From positions 48,728 to 112,727 of the forward strand of contig CAISPO010000001.1 of the NCBI GenBank assembly GCA_903887415.1: 64,000 nt of DNA. Reading direction: 5' to 3'. Below are positions 9,941 through 19,278 of the stretch, one piece after another (the first letter of the stretch is position 1; each line of letters begins with the position of its first letter). The stretch comes from an uncultured Bacteroidota bacterium. Lineage in GTDB: Bacteria; Bacteroidota; Bacteroidia; Chitinophagales; Chitinophagaceae. A program made the position numbers and the translations under genes. A model generated the notes under the pieces. The model did no database searches and was not told where the DNA came from. It was given only the letters and a program-made list of their open reading frames with translations.

Positions 9941-10051
9941 CTTCTTTGAAGTGGATATCTTAGCCCACAGGAGCACCCCTTTTCAGCCGAATTGTGCGTC
10001 GGAGAAGGTGGCTATGGATATTAAAACACTACTCGTAGCCCACACAAGAAG
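9941..10051. ncRNA. Candidate structured RNA / long multi-stem element of unknown type
   Basis: Nested complementary segments: cttctt/aagaag, gtgg/ccac, atatc/gatat, tagc/gcta, cacc/ggtg, ccga/tcgg. Confidence 0.35.
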
Positions 10052-10066
10052 CCAACTGAAATAACA

Positions 10067-10354
10067 TTAACGTCCTCCTGACAGCGGAAAATCCCGCTCC
10101 AGGAAATGGTGCAGGCTGGCTCTCCAGTGTGCTCTTCTCTGGCGTTCCTCCGCTCTTTCCTCTTCAGTGCGGCCATGGGCGTTATTGGCATGAACATGAT
10201 GGTGATGATGATGGTGCGCTGCTACAGGGTCGCCGCCTGACAACGGAAAGTCAACATTCAGTTCATCAATAGCGTCTTCTAACCTTTCAAATACGTGTGA
10301 TATCCAGGAGGAATGGTGGGCATGTTCTACATCATGGGAGGTTATATTTTCCAT
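10067..10354 (-). CDS. His-rich small hypothetical protein with duplicated DFPLSGG motif
   Basis: 95 aa, ATG start with A/T-rich leader, 17 His, two DFPLSGG copies encoded with synonymous differences, which suggests protein-level selection. Confidence 0.8.
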   Translation of the reverse strand: MENITSHDVEHAHHSSWISHVFERLEDAIDELNVDFPLSGGDPVAAHHHHHHHVHANNAHGRTEEERAEERQRRAHWRASLHHFLERDFPLSGGR

Positions 10355-10440
10355 AAATCAGTGTTTAACAAGTACATAAAGGTACAATATGTTTGAATAA
10401 CTATAAAAAAACTACCCATCATTATGAATTCCTTAGCAGA

Positions 10441-11922
10441 TCATCGCCTGTTTAGCTGCCATTTACTTATGCTTACATTCGCCAGATGCGCTGTGGTATC
10501 TTGCTTTTTATCTTTGCCCCAGGCCACAGTTGCGAGTATGGCTGCAACCTGCTCGGCACCCTCATCATACTGTAGCAGGTATTCAGGTTTAAAGTGCTTT
10601 TCAATGAATTTTGTATCAAACTTGCCTGTTCTGAATGGCTCGGTCTGCACGGCCCATTTTCCAAATTCAAGCGTGGTTTTTATTCCTTTTATGTAATACT
10701 CATCAATAGCCCGGCAGAGGCGGTCTATCGCTTCATCGCGGGTGGCGGCATAAGCCACCAGCTTAGCTATCATAGAGTCGTAAAATATAGGGATGTCCAT
10801 GCCTTCTTCATAGCCGTCGTCCACCCGCACTCCCGGGCCCTTTGGCGGCTGATATATCTCCAGCCTTCCGGTATCCGGCAGAAAGTTGTTCATCGGGTCT
10901 TCAGTGCATACGCGCAGCTCTATTGCATGGCCGGATATTTTCAGCTCGTCTTGTGTAAATGATAGTTTATTCCCCCTCGCCACATTTATCTGTTCTTTCA
11001 CCAGGTCTATACCCGTTATCATTTCCGTCACGCAATGCTCCACCTGCAGGCGGGTATTCATTTCCAGGAAGTAAAAATTAAGGTTTTCATCCACAAGGAA
11101 CTCCACCGTTCCTGCGCCATAATAGTTGCACGACCTCGCCGCAGCAACTGCACACTCGCCCATTGCCTTGCGTATATCCGGCGTCAGGCAGCTCGATGGT
11201 GCTTCTTCTATCAGTTTCTGGTGCCTGCGCTGTATGCTACATTCGCGCTCAAAAAGATATACATAGTTACCGTGCTGATCGCCCATTAATTGTATCTCTA
11301 TATGGCGGGGTGAGCCCACATACTTTTCTATAAAAACATCATCATTGCTGAACGCGCCCAATGCTTCCCGTTTAGCAGTAAGCACCTGTTCTTCAAACTC
11401 TTCGTCATTATTCACCACACGCATGCCTTTGCCGCCACCGCCTGCCGAGGCTTTTACCAGGATAGGGTAACCTATTTTATTGGCGATCTTGCGGGCCTCG
11501 TTCATATCGCTCACCGGCTCCTCGGTGCCAGGTACCATGGGTACGTTAAACTTCTTTGCAGCCTGCTTGGCGCCTATCTTGCTGCCCATGATCTCTATCG
11601 AGTGTGCCGATGGGCCAATGAATATCAGTCCCGCATCGCTTACCGCCTTTGAAAAAGAAGCATTCTCACTAAGGAAACCATAACCCGGATGTATTGCGTC
11701 AGCACCAGTTTTTTTAGCAGCTTCTATAATTTTCTCTGCGCGGAGATACGACTGTGAAGAGAGTGCCGGGCCTATACAAACCGCCTCATCGGCATAGCGC
11801 ACAAACGGCATATGCCTGTCTGCCTCTGAAAATACTGCTACAGTCTTTATACCCATTTCCCTTGCCGTGCGCATCACCCGCATAGCTATTTCGCCACGAT
11901 TGGCGATAAGAATTTTTTGCAT
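10441..11922 (-). CDS. accC: Acetyl/propionyl-CoA carboxylase biotin carboxylase subunit
   Basis: KILIANRGEIA, HPGYGFLSEN, GGGGKGMR, RECSIQRRHQK, EMNTRLQVEH. Confidence 0.93.
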   Translation of the reverse strand: MQKILIANRGEIAMRVMRTAREMGIKTVAVFSEADRHMPFVRYADEAVCIGPALSSQSYLRAEKIIEAAKKTGADAIHPGYGFLSENASFSKAVSDAGLIFIGPSAHSIEIMGSKIGAKQAAKKFNVPMVPGTEEPVSDMNEARKIANKIGYPILVKASAGGGGKGMRVVNNDEEFEEQVLTAKREALGAFSNDDVFIEKYVGSPRHIEIQLMGDQHGNYVYLFERECSIQRRHQKLIEEAPSSCLTPDIRKAMGECAVAAARSCNYYGAGTVEFLVDENLNFYFLEMNTRLQVEHCVTEMITGIDLVKEQINVARGNKLSFTQDELKISGHAIELRVCTEDPMNNFLPDTGRLEIYQPPKGPGVRVDDGYEEGMDIPIFYDSMIAKLVAYAATRDEAIDRLCRAIDEYYIKGIKTTLEFGKWAVQTEPFRTGKFDTKFIEKHFKPEYLLQYDEGAEQVAAILATVAWGKDKKQDTTAHLANVSISKWQLNRR

Positions 11923-12107
11923 AGGGCGCTAAGTTAGTATGGAATCGGGAATTTGTGGTTTGGAATTTGTCGCGAATAAAATATGCTACTATGGTAATTA
12001 AAACTCAGATATGTATTCAAAACATTGATGCCTTAATAACATAAACCCATTTGCTCACAAATTGCTTCCCCTTATCTTTGTTCCTCATTCAAAAAAAACA
12101 AGCACAC

Positions 12108-12521
12108 ATGAAACGTAACGCAACCGCCGTGTGGAACGGCACAGGAAAAGAAGGCAATGGTAACCTTACCACGCAAAGCACAACACTCAACAAGACACAA
12201 TATTCCTACAAGAGCCGTTTTGAAGAAGGCGTAGGCACTAATCCCGAAGAGCTGATAGCGGCAGCACACGCTGGTTGCTATACTATGAAATTATCTTTCG
12301 TGCTGGGAAGTAAAAACTTCATCCCGGAGCAGATCGAAACCAAGTGCGATATAACTCTTGATAACGGTGTTATTACTAAGAGCGAATTGTATGTGACTGG
12401 CAAAGTAACAGGAATCTCCGCTGAAGACTTTAAGAAAGCCGCTGAAGAAGCGCACGAAGGCTGCCTCGTTGGCAAGGCCCTAAATTGCGAAAAAACGCTC
12501 GTTTCTGTAACATTAGGATAA
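12108..12521 (+). CDS. osmC: OsmC family peroxiredoxin
   Basis: SRFEEGVGTNPEELIAAAHAGCY, second Cys in GCLVGKAL. Confidence 0.93.
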   Translation: MKRNATAVWNGTGKEGNGNLTTQSTTLNKTQYSYKSRFEEGVGTNPEELIAAAHAGCYTMKLSFVLGSKNFIPEQIETKCDITLDNGVITKSELYVTGKVTGISAEDFKKAAEEAHEGCLVGKALNCEKTLVSVTLG

Positions 12522-12548
12522 GGCCATCTATATACACATTCATGCTGC

Positions 12549-13442
12549 TCACACGACCTCATCCTCTCCTTTGTCATCCTGAGCTTGTTGAAGGGGGGAT
12601 GGGGCCGTGTCTTGAACGCTCGTCTCATGCAATGCCACTATGGGAATATGGCTTTTGTGAGCCATAGCCGTAGAGTGGCTCTTGTGAAATAATCCTTCAA
12701 AAAAAGAATGTTTACGGGGTATCATGATCAGCCAGTCCACATTATTTTTATCTACAAAATCCGTTATTGCGTTTTCAATATTATTTACATCGTAGATGAT
12801 ATGAAAATGCGGATTTGCCGGGGCCAGGATATTTATTGCTGCCTCATCAATGTCGGTCATATTATCCCGGTTAAAAACATCGATCTGTAGATTCAGCACT
12901 TCCAGTTCAGCGCTGAAAGCCATCGCTATATCCTTTAGCTGGGTGAGGGCTTTTGCATTTCCTTCATGCTTGTTATCAAAGGCCAGGCAGATCTTCTTTA
13001 CAGGCTTAAATACCGCGCCCGGAGGAATAGCCAATACTGGGTATTTCATTAGCCGGAAAGCAGAGATCACAATACTGTCTATCGACGATGCATGTTCAGC
13101 TGCCATGCTGTTGCCCAGCACCACCAGCCAGGGTTCCTGGTTCTGCTCAGAATATTTCTCCAGTGCGCTGATAATATCCCCATCTATTACCGTGCCTTGT
13201 ATATCCAGCGCGGGGTAAGCCTGCTGCAAGTTGTGTACCGTTATTTTCATTTGCCCTTCCGAGTCAGTTTCCACGTCGCTGATGAGGCTCGATGGCATGG
13301 GCACATCGCTGAACATTACCGGGAACAGGAAGGAATGAATAATAACGAGCCGTGCATTTTGAGCTACGGCGAGCTGGCATGCGTAGTGGGTGGCATTTTC
13401 AGCCACTTCCGAAAAATCAGTTGCTGTGACTATCAGTTTCAT
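12549..13442 (-). CDS. Universal stress protein (tandem Usp domains)
   Basis: IVTATDFSEVAENATHYA; PVLAIP; C-terminal PRKHSFFEGLFHKSHS...IPIVALH. Confidence 0.9.
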   Translation of the reverse strand: MKLIVTATDFSEVAENATHYACQLAVAQNARLVIIHSFLFPVMFSDVPMPSSLISDVETDSEGQMKITVHNLQQAYPALDIQGTVIDGDIISALEKYSEQNQEPWLVVLGNSMAAEHASSIDSIVISAFRLMKYPVLAIPPGAVFKPVKKICLAFDNKHEGNAKALTQLKDIAMAFSAELEVLNLQIDVFNRDNMTDIDEAAINILAPANPHFHIIYDVNNIENAITDFVDKNNVDWLIMIPRKHSFFEGLFHKSHSTAMAHKSHIPIVALHETSVQDTAPSPLQQAQDDKGEDEVV

Positions 13443-13574
13443 AAACAGTGTTTTTGTGAAAGATATAAAAAGAATGCCGGTAAACGTAAATACGTGTAAA
13501 TGCCGGGCATATCGTTTATATTTTCCGAAAAAGGGCCGTGAACGAGGAGTAACGGATGCCTAATAATCAACCTT

Positions 13575-13707
13575 TCATTTGGCTTCCCTCTTGAAATTAG
13601 GAAGCACCTGGAGTTTATAGTTCATTGAGGAAGTTATTCAAAGAAGTCGCTTCGCTATCGCCCAAAATTAAATAAATATGCCAAAACCGATTAATTGCTT
13701 TACCCAT
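13575..13707 (-). pseudogene. Remnant of an antitoxin/toxin gene junction
   Basis: ...SLNNFLNEL* overlapping MNYKLQVLPNFKREAK*, resembling the Bacteroidota antitoxin end plus RelE-like toxin start. Confidence 0.45.
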
Positions 13708-13791
13708 GCGGTTTCCGGGCATTTCGACTTATATTCTGCCATTAAGCGATTTTAATAATTCCAATAAATTTGACAAAATATTCCTACCTTA

Positions 13792-15318
13792 GTGTCGTTG
13801 AAGCATAAAAACGACATATTTCAGAACTCAAGTAAGGCTATTAATGGGTCTTTTGTCATGTTTCTGGACATGAACAGTTATTTTGCCAGTTGCGAGCAGC
13901 AGCGGCATCCGGAGCTGCGGGGCAAGCCTTTGGGGGTGCTTACTTACGATAGTCCTAACGCCGCAGTGATCGCTGCATCTAAAGAAGCCAAAATATTTGG
14001 AATTAAGAGCGGCATGCGGCTGGGCGATTGCCGGGCGCTGTGCCCCCAGCTCATCACTACCACAACGCACCCGGCCTGGTACCGGCAGATACATGTGGAT
14101 GTAATGGCCATCCTACGCAGCTACTGTGACGATGTAATACCGAAGAGCATAGACGAGGCGGTAGCCAATTTCAACTCTTACCGGTTGGTGTATGATGATC
14201 TGACGGAAGTGGCCAGTCAGATAAAGGCAGACATAACCGCAAAATATGACTACCTCACTTGCTCCATAGGCATAGCGCCAAATTCTTTCCTGGCCAAGCT
14301 GGGCACAGGGCTGCAGAAAATAGATGGCCTCATCGTGATAACCCCTGAAAATATAGATGGCTACCTGGCTACCCTGAAGCTCACCGACCTGCCGGGTATA
14401 GCCACCAACAATGAGCGCCGCCTGAAAATGATTGGCATCAATAACCCTTTGCAGATGCGGCATTCCTCACCCGCATTGCTGCGCAAGGCGTTTGGCGGGG
14501 TGGTGGGCGACTACTGGCACCGCAGGCTGAATTTTGCCGAGGTAGATATGTATAGCCGTGCAGAGAACCGCACCATGAGCGCCACGCGTACCCTTAGCCG
14601 CCAGCAGAGCCAGAATAGGCAAGTGCTGGAGTCTATGCTCATATCACTGTGCACAAGGCTGGAGCAGCGCATGGTAAAGAGCGAAATGTTTTGCAGGGAG
14701 GTATCTTTCTCCATCAGGTATAAAGATGGTACAAGCTGGGATACGACAGTGAAGCTGGCAGAACCGGTGCAGGATGCTATGGAGCTGATCAGCTATATAA
14801 AGGAGCGGATAGCTGATTATGAGCGCTCACATCATTTGCAGGCCCTGTTCAATGAGCGCGTTACAAATCTTACCGTGGCTATTGCCTCCTTTATGAATGG
14901 CAGGGTGATGCAATACAGCCTGTTTGATAATCGCATGAAAAAAGATACGGTGCGCAAAGTGATGTATGACATAAAGGAGGTGTATGAACAAAATAATATA
15001 GTAAGAAAGGGCTGTGAGCTGATCATCCCGAATGTAATGAAAGATGCCGTAGGCTTCGGCTCTGTAAAAGATATGATAGTGAAGAAAAACGGCGAAGTAA
15101 AAAACAGGCACCTGCTGGAAGAAGACAAACCCGGCCAGCGCAGGATGGCGGCGCTGAAGAAGAAGCCGGTGGTGGAGCAAAAAGAACCCGACTACAACGA
15201 CATTCTCCCAAATGATGAATGGGAAGGAGTGTCATTATTGCAAGGGTTACAACAGCAGAAAAGCAAAGCTGCTCTGGTAGCTAAAGATGAGTATTATTCA
15301 CAAAGCACTCCCCTTTAG
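13792..15318 (+). CDS. dinB: Y-family DNA polymerase (DinB/Pol IV-like); true start may be ATG at 13858
   Basis: FLDMNSYFASCE, SKEAKIFGIKSGM, SIDEA catalytic motif, SIGIAPNSFLAKL, LTDLPGI. Confidence 0.9.
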   Translation: MSLKHKNDIFQNSSKAINGSFVMFLDMNSYFASCEQQRHPELRGKPLGVLTYDSPNAAVIAASKEAKIFGIKSGMRLGDCRALCPQLITTTTHPAWYRQIHVDVMAILRSYCDDVIPKSIDEAVANFNSYRLVYDDLTEVASQIKADITAKYDYLTCSIGIAPNSFLAKLGTGLQKIDGLIVITPENIDGYLATLKLTDLPGIATNNERRLKMIGINNPLQMRHSSPALLRKAFGGVVGDYWHRRLNFAEVDMYSRAENRTMSATRTLSRQQSQNRQVLESMLISLCTRLEQRMVKSEMFCREVSFSIRYKDGTSWDTTVKLAEPVQDAMELISYIKERIADYERSHHLQALFNERVTNLTVAIASFMNGRVMQYSLFDNRMKKDTVRKVMYDIKEVYEQNNIVRKGCELIIPNVMKDAVGFGSVKDMIVKKNGEVKNRHLLEEDKPGQRRMAALKKKPVVEQKEPDYNDILPNDEWEGVSLLQGLQQQKSKAALVAKDEYYSQSTPL

Positions 15319-15339
15319 GGGCAGGGGGTAAACTAACAT

Positions 15340-16413
15340 ATGATCAACCAACTAGCAAACGACAGATTTGAAAAGGGCAGGGGTGCACAGTACAACCCGA
15401 AGAATAAATTTCTGAAGGGGGAGTATGTACAGGAGCATGTGGAGGGCATAGACGACTGGGAGCAGGAAGCGCGTAAGACGGAATATATCATAGATGACAG
15501 CAAGACGCTGGTAAACACCGTTACCAGCCCGGATGTAGGCATGATGTACTCCGCTAATCCTTACCAGGGTTGTGAGCACGGCTGCATTTATTGTTATGCA
15601 CGAAACAGCCATGAGTACTGGGGCTACAGCGCCGGGGTGGACTTTGAGAGTCGCATAGTGGTGAAGAAAAATGCACCCGCCCTGCTGCGCAAGTATTTTG
15701 ATAATAAGAACTGGGTGCCTGCTACGATATCGCTAAGCGGCAATACAGACTGCTACCAGCCTATAGAGCGCAAAATGCGAATAACGCGCCAACTGCTGGA
15801 GATATGCCTCGACTACCGCAACCCCGTGGGCATACTCACCAAGAATGCGCTGGTGCTCCGCGACCTGGACATAATACAGGAGCTGAACAAGCTGAACCTG
15901 GTGCGGGTGATGAGCTCTATAACCTCGCTGGATGAAGACCTGCGCAAGGTGATGGAGCCGCGGACTGCCTCCTACCGGAGCAGGTTGAAGGTGGTGGAAA
16001 CACTCAGTAAGGCGGGCGTACCCACAGGCATTATGAATGCGCCATTGATACCAGGGCTCAATGATATGCACATGCATGATGTGCTGAAAGCCGCCAGTGA
16101 AGCAGGCGCTAAATGGGCGGGCTACACAGTGGTGCGGCTGAATGGCGCTATAGGGGGCATATTCAAAGACTGGCTCTGGAAGGCCTTCCCTGACCGTGCC
16201 GAAAAAGTGTGGCACCAGATAAGCGAGTGCCACGAAGGCCATGTGAATGACAGCCGCTGGGGCAACCGCATGGTGGGCGACGGCAAATTTGCCGAGCTGA
16301 TAAAAACACAGTTCCAGATATACTGCAAAAAATACCACCTCAACGAAACCGAAAGAACGCTAAACACAAAGGAATTCAGAAGGCCGGTGGCGGGGCAGGG
16401 TAGGTTGTTTTAG
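15340..16413 (+). CDS. PA0069 family radical SAM protein (spore photoproduct lyase-like)
   Basis: NPYQGCEHGCIYCYAR CxxxCxxC motif, SGNTDCYQP, MEPRTAS, APLIPGLND. Confidence 0.92.
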   Translation: MINQLANDRFEKGRGAQYNPKNKFLKGEYVQEHVEGIDDWEQEARKTEYIIDDSKTLVNTVTSPDVGMMYSANPYQGCEHGCIYCYARNSHEYWGYSAGVDFESRIVVKKNAPALLRKYFDNKNWVPATISLSGNTDCYQPIERKMRITRQLLEICLDYRNPVGILTKNALVLRDLDIIQELNKLNLVRVMSSITSLDEDLRKVMEPRTASYRSRLKVVETLSKAGVPTGIMNAPLIPGLNDMHMHDVLKAASEAGAKWAGYTVVRLNGAIGGIFKDWLWKAFPDRAEKVWHQISECHEGHVNDSRWGNRMVGDGKFAELIKTQFQIYCKKYHLNETERTLNTKEFRRPVAGQGRLF

Positions 16414-16488
16414 TCCCGATAGCCATCGGGATGGAACCTGTCTGCCGATAGGCAGGTTGGGAATTTGGATTGTGGAATTTGGATTGAT
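16413..16488. repeat. REP cluster: cccgat-atcggga palindrome, cctgtctgccgataggcagg palindrome and heptamer repeats
   Basis: tcccgatagccatcggga; aacctgtctgccgataggcaggtt; gggaatttggattgtggaatttggattg. Confidence 0.65.
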
Positions 16489-16516
16489 AACCCTTAAATT
16501 TGCGTAAACAGATTTC

Positions 16517-17095
16517 ATGAAATTTGCCGACCTTGATCTAAATAAAACATATACCTATGCCGATTACTTCAAATGGAAGTTTGAGGAGCGCGTAGAACTG
16601 ATAAAGGGGCGCATCTTTAAAATGGCGCCTGCACCCAGCAGTAATCATCAGGGGCTATCGGGCGATATTCATGGCCAATTATGGAACTTTTTAAGAGGGA
16701 AAAAATGTAAAGTGTTTTCTGCACCTTTTGATGTCAGACTGCCCCGAAAATCTAAGGATGACAAAGATATTATTACGGTTGTGCAGCCGGATATTTGTGT
16801 GATTTGTGATCTTAACAAGATTGATGCGAAGGGATGTATCGGAGCACCTGATATTGTTGTTGAGATTTTGTCGCCAGGAAATAACAGCAAAGAACTCAAA
16901 AACAAGTATGAAGTTTACGAAGAAGCCGGAGTGAGGGAATACTGGGTAGTATCGCCGCAAGACAACACTTTTGTTGTTTATACGCTGGTAAATGGTAAGT
17001 ACGAGCCATCAAGGCTTATGGTAGCTGGCGATGTTATCACTTCATCTGTGCTGGATGGGTTCTCACTTGACCTTACAGAGTTATTTGGCGAGTGA
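16517..17095 (+). CDS. Uma2 family endonuclease (DUF820)
   Basis: VELIKG...MAPAP, APFDVRL, VQPDICVICD, GAPDIVVEILSPG, YEEAGVREYW. Confidence 0.93.
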   Translation: MKFADLDLNKTYTYADYFKWKFEERVELIKGRIFKMAPAPSSNHQGLSGDIHGQLWNFLRGKKCKVFSAPFDVRLPRKSKDDKDIITVVQPDICVICDLNKIDAKGCIGAPDIVVEILSPGNNSKELKNKYEVYEEAGVREYWVVSPQDNTFVVYTLVNGKYEPSRLMVAGDVITSSVLDGFSLDLTELFGE

Positions 17096-17148
17096 TCTTT
17101 TTTTCTGTGAAGCCAAAGAAGTTTAATGTTATTTTTTGAATTTTCTAC

Positions 17149-18453
17149 ATGCTATTCAACCCAAAATTAGCCTTTGAGCCGTTACATAACCAGGATGCCT
17201 GGCAGGCTGAGGCGTTGAAACAACTGCTGGTGTACCTGCAAGCACATTCGCCGTTTTATAAAAAACTGTTTGCGCGGCACCATATTGATATCCACAACAT
17301 CCATTCCCTCCAGGATCTGCGCTTTCTGCCTACAACCTCCAAGAGCGATATGCAGGAACACAACTGGGAGTTTTTGTGCGTGTCGGATCATGAGGTGAAA
17401 GAATATACCGCTACATCAGGCACTATGGGCAAGCCTGTAGAGATAGCGCTTACCGAAAACGACCTGCAACGCCTGGCCTATAACGAGCACCAGTCTTTTC
17501 TATGCGCCGATGGTAAACCTACCGATACCTACCAGCTCATGCTCACGCTGGACAGGCAGTTTATGGCCGGCATTGCCTACTACATGGGCATCCGGCAGTT
17601 GGGGGCTACACTCATTCGTACCGGCCCAGGGTTGCCATCTATGCAGTGGGATACGATAAACAGGCTGCAGCCCACGAGCATTGTAGGTGTTCCTTCCTTT
17701 ATGCTAAAGCTGGCCGAGTGGGCACAAGAACATAAGATAGACCTGAAGAATACACCGGTGCAAAAAGCCATTTGCATAGGTGAAAGCCTGCGCGGTGCTG
17801 ACTTTGAACTTAATGCGCTTGGGCAGAAAATACACAGTGACTGGCCAATAAAACTCTATAGCACCTATGCGTCAACTGAAATGCAAACAGCATTTACGGA
17901 GTGCGGCGCGGGCATGGGCGGCCATCAGCAGCCAGACTTGATAATATTGGAAATACTTAACGAACATGGCGATGTGCTGAAATCGGGCGAGTACGGCGAG
18001 GTTACGATTACCACGTTGGGCGTAGGAGGTATGCCGTTGCTCCGTTACCGTACAGGAGATATTTGCACCTTCTATGATTCTGTTTGCAGTTGCGGCAGGC
18101 ATTCCCGCAGGCTTAGCCCGGTGCTGGGCCGCACGCAGCAAATGATAAAATACAAAGGAACTACCATATATCCGCCTGCCATCTTTGATATGCTCAACGA
18201 CATTGCGTTCATCAAAGAATACGTAGTGGAGGTGTTCACCAACGATCTGGCCCTCGACGAGATCCGCCTGCATATCAATACGCCACTACCCATAGACGAA
18301 TGTGAAGCAAAACTGCGACCCGTTCTGCAATCTAAGCTACGGGTGATACCATTGCTCCAGTTTCACCCGGCGGCTGTAATACAGCAGATGCAGTTCCCGG
18401 CCAATAGCCGTAAGCAGGTGAAGTTTATCGACAAAAGAACCCCCGGCCCCTGA
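17149..18453 (+). CDS. Phenylacetate-CoA ligase family (ANL adenylate-forming) enzyme
   Basis: TSGTMGKP P-loop, YASTE, PLLRYRTGD, KYKGTTIYP. Confidence 0.88.
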   Translation: MLFNPKLAFEPLHNQDAWQAEALKQLLVYLQAHSPFYKKLFARHHIDIHNIHSLQDLRFLPTTSKSDMQEHNWEFLCVSDHEVKEYTATSGTMGKPVEIALTENDLQRLAYNEHQSFLCADGKPTDTYQLMLTLDRQFMAGIAYYMGIRQLGATLIRTGPGLPSMQWDTINRLQPTSIVGVPSFMLKLAEWAQEHKIDLKNTPVQKAICIGESLRGADFELNALGQKIHSDWPIKLYSTYASTEMQTAFTECGAGMGGHQQPDLIILEILNEHGDVLKSGEYGEVTITTLGVGGMPLLRYRTGDICTFYDSVCSCGRHSRRLSPVLGRTQQMIKYKGTTIYPPAIFDMLNDIAFIKEYVVEVFTNDLALDEIRLHINTPLPIDECEAKLRPVLQSKLRVIPLLQFHPAAVIQQMQFPANSRKQVKFIDKRTPGP

Positions 18454-18612
18454 AGGGGAGTACTCTGATTAAGGTCATTTGGCGTTTTTCTCTTTTTTGA
18501 AGCTTTATCTGGATCAAAAGCTAAATGTTTTATTCATAAAGCACCCCCCTTTAGGGGTAGAGGGTTGTAGTTCGCGTATTTTTTTCTATTTTCACCGCCC
18601 AAGTTTTAAATT

Positions 18613-19275
18613 ATGCACTATTTTATTGACATGTTCCATAACCTTACCAATCCAGATTGGATAAGCGCCCATTATGGATTGTACTTAGTTGTATTTATCA
18701 TATTTGCAGAAACCGGTTTATTTGTTGGTTTCTTTCTGCCCGGCGACTCCTTATTGTTTGTGAGCGGTATGATGATATCAAGAATGAACACCCCGTTCTC
18801 GTCACCGATGCTGAACCTAGTTTACTGGATCCTTATTATATCTGTGGCAGGGATATTGGGTAACATGGCCGGGTATTGGTTTGGCAATAAATCTGGTCAT
18901 GCATTGATGAAGCGGCCCGATTCTTTTTTGTTCAAGAAAAAGCACTTGCACCAGGCACACGATTTCTACGAGAAAAAAGGCGGTATGGCTATCCTGCTTG
19001 CACGCTTTCTCCCCATTGTCCGTACGTTTGCACCTATAGTGGGCGGTATGGTGGATATGAATTACAAAACATTCATCAAGTACAACATCCTCGGTTGCCT
19101 TGCCTGGGTCATCAGCATGACCGCAATAGGGTACATCCTCGGTGAAAACGAATGGGTAAAAAATAACCTCGACAAAATAGTGATCGTTGTTATTCTCGTT
19201 ACCACGGGTCCAGTGTTACTGAAGATGTTCTTTGGGAAGAGGAAAGAAACGCCCGCTGATAACGGGACTGCGTAG
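18613..19275 (+). CDS. DedA/VTT family membrane protein
   Basis: IIFAETGLFVGFFLPGDSLLF, ARFLPIVRTFAPIVGG. Confidence 0.93.
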   Translation: MHYFIDMFHNLTNPDWISAHYGLYLVVFIIFAETGLFVGFFLPGDSLLFVSGMMISRMNTPFSSPMLNLVYWILIISVAGILGNMAGYWFGNKSGHALMKRPDSFLFKKKHLHQAHDFYEKKGGMAILLARFLPIVRTFAPIVGGMVDMNYKTFIKYNILGCLAWVISMTAIGYILGENEWVKNNLDKIVIVVILVTTGPVLLKMFFGKRKETPADNGTA

Positions 19276-19278
19276 TTT

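Noticed and set aside
9885-9985. TPP riboswitch-like words on the minus strand (GGGGTGC, GCTAAGA, ACCTGAT)
   Set aside because: UGAGA and the 3' core are not conserved, and no downstream gene lies in the right orientation.
13500-13791. Bacteroidota SOS box (GGA-N5-TCC) upstream of dinB
   Set aside because: Best match is GGAAGTTATTC, which is imperfect and distant from the start.
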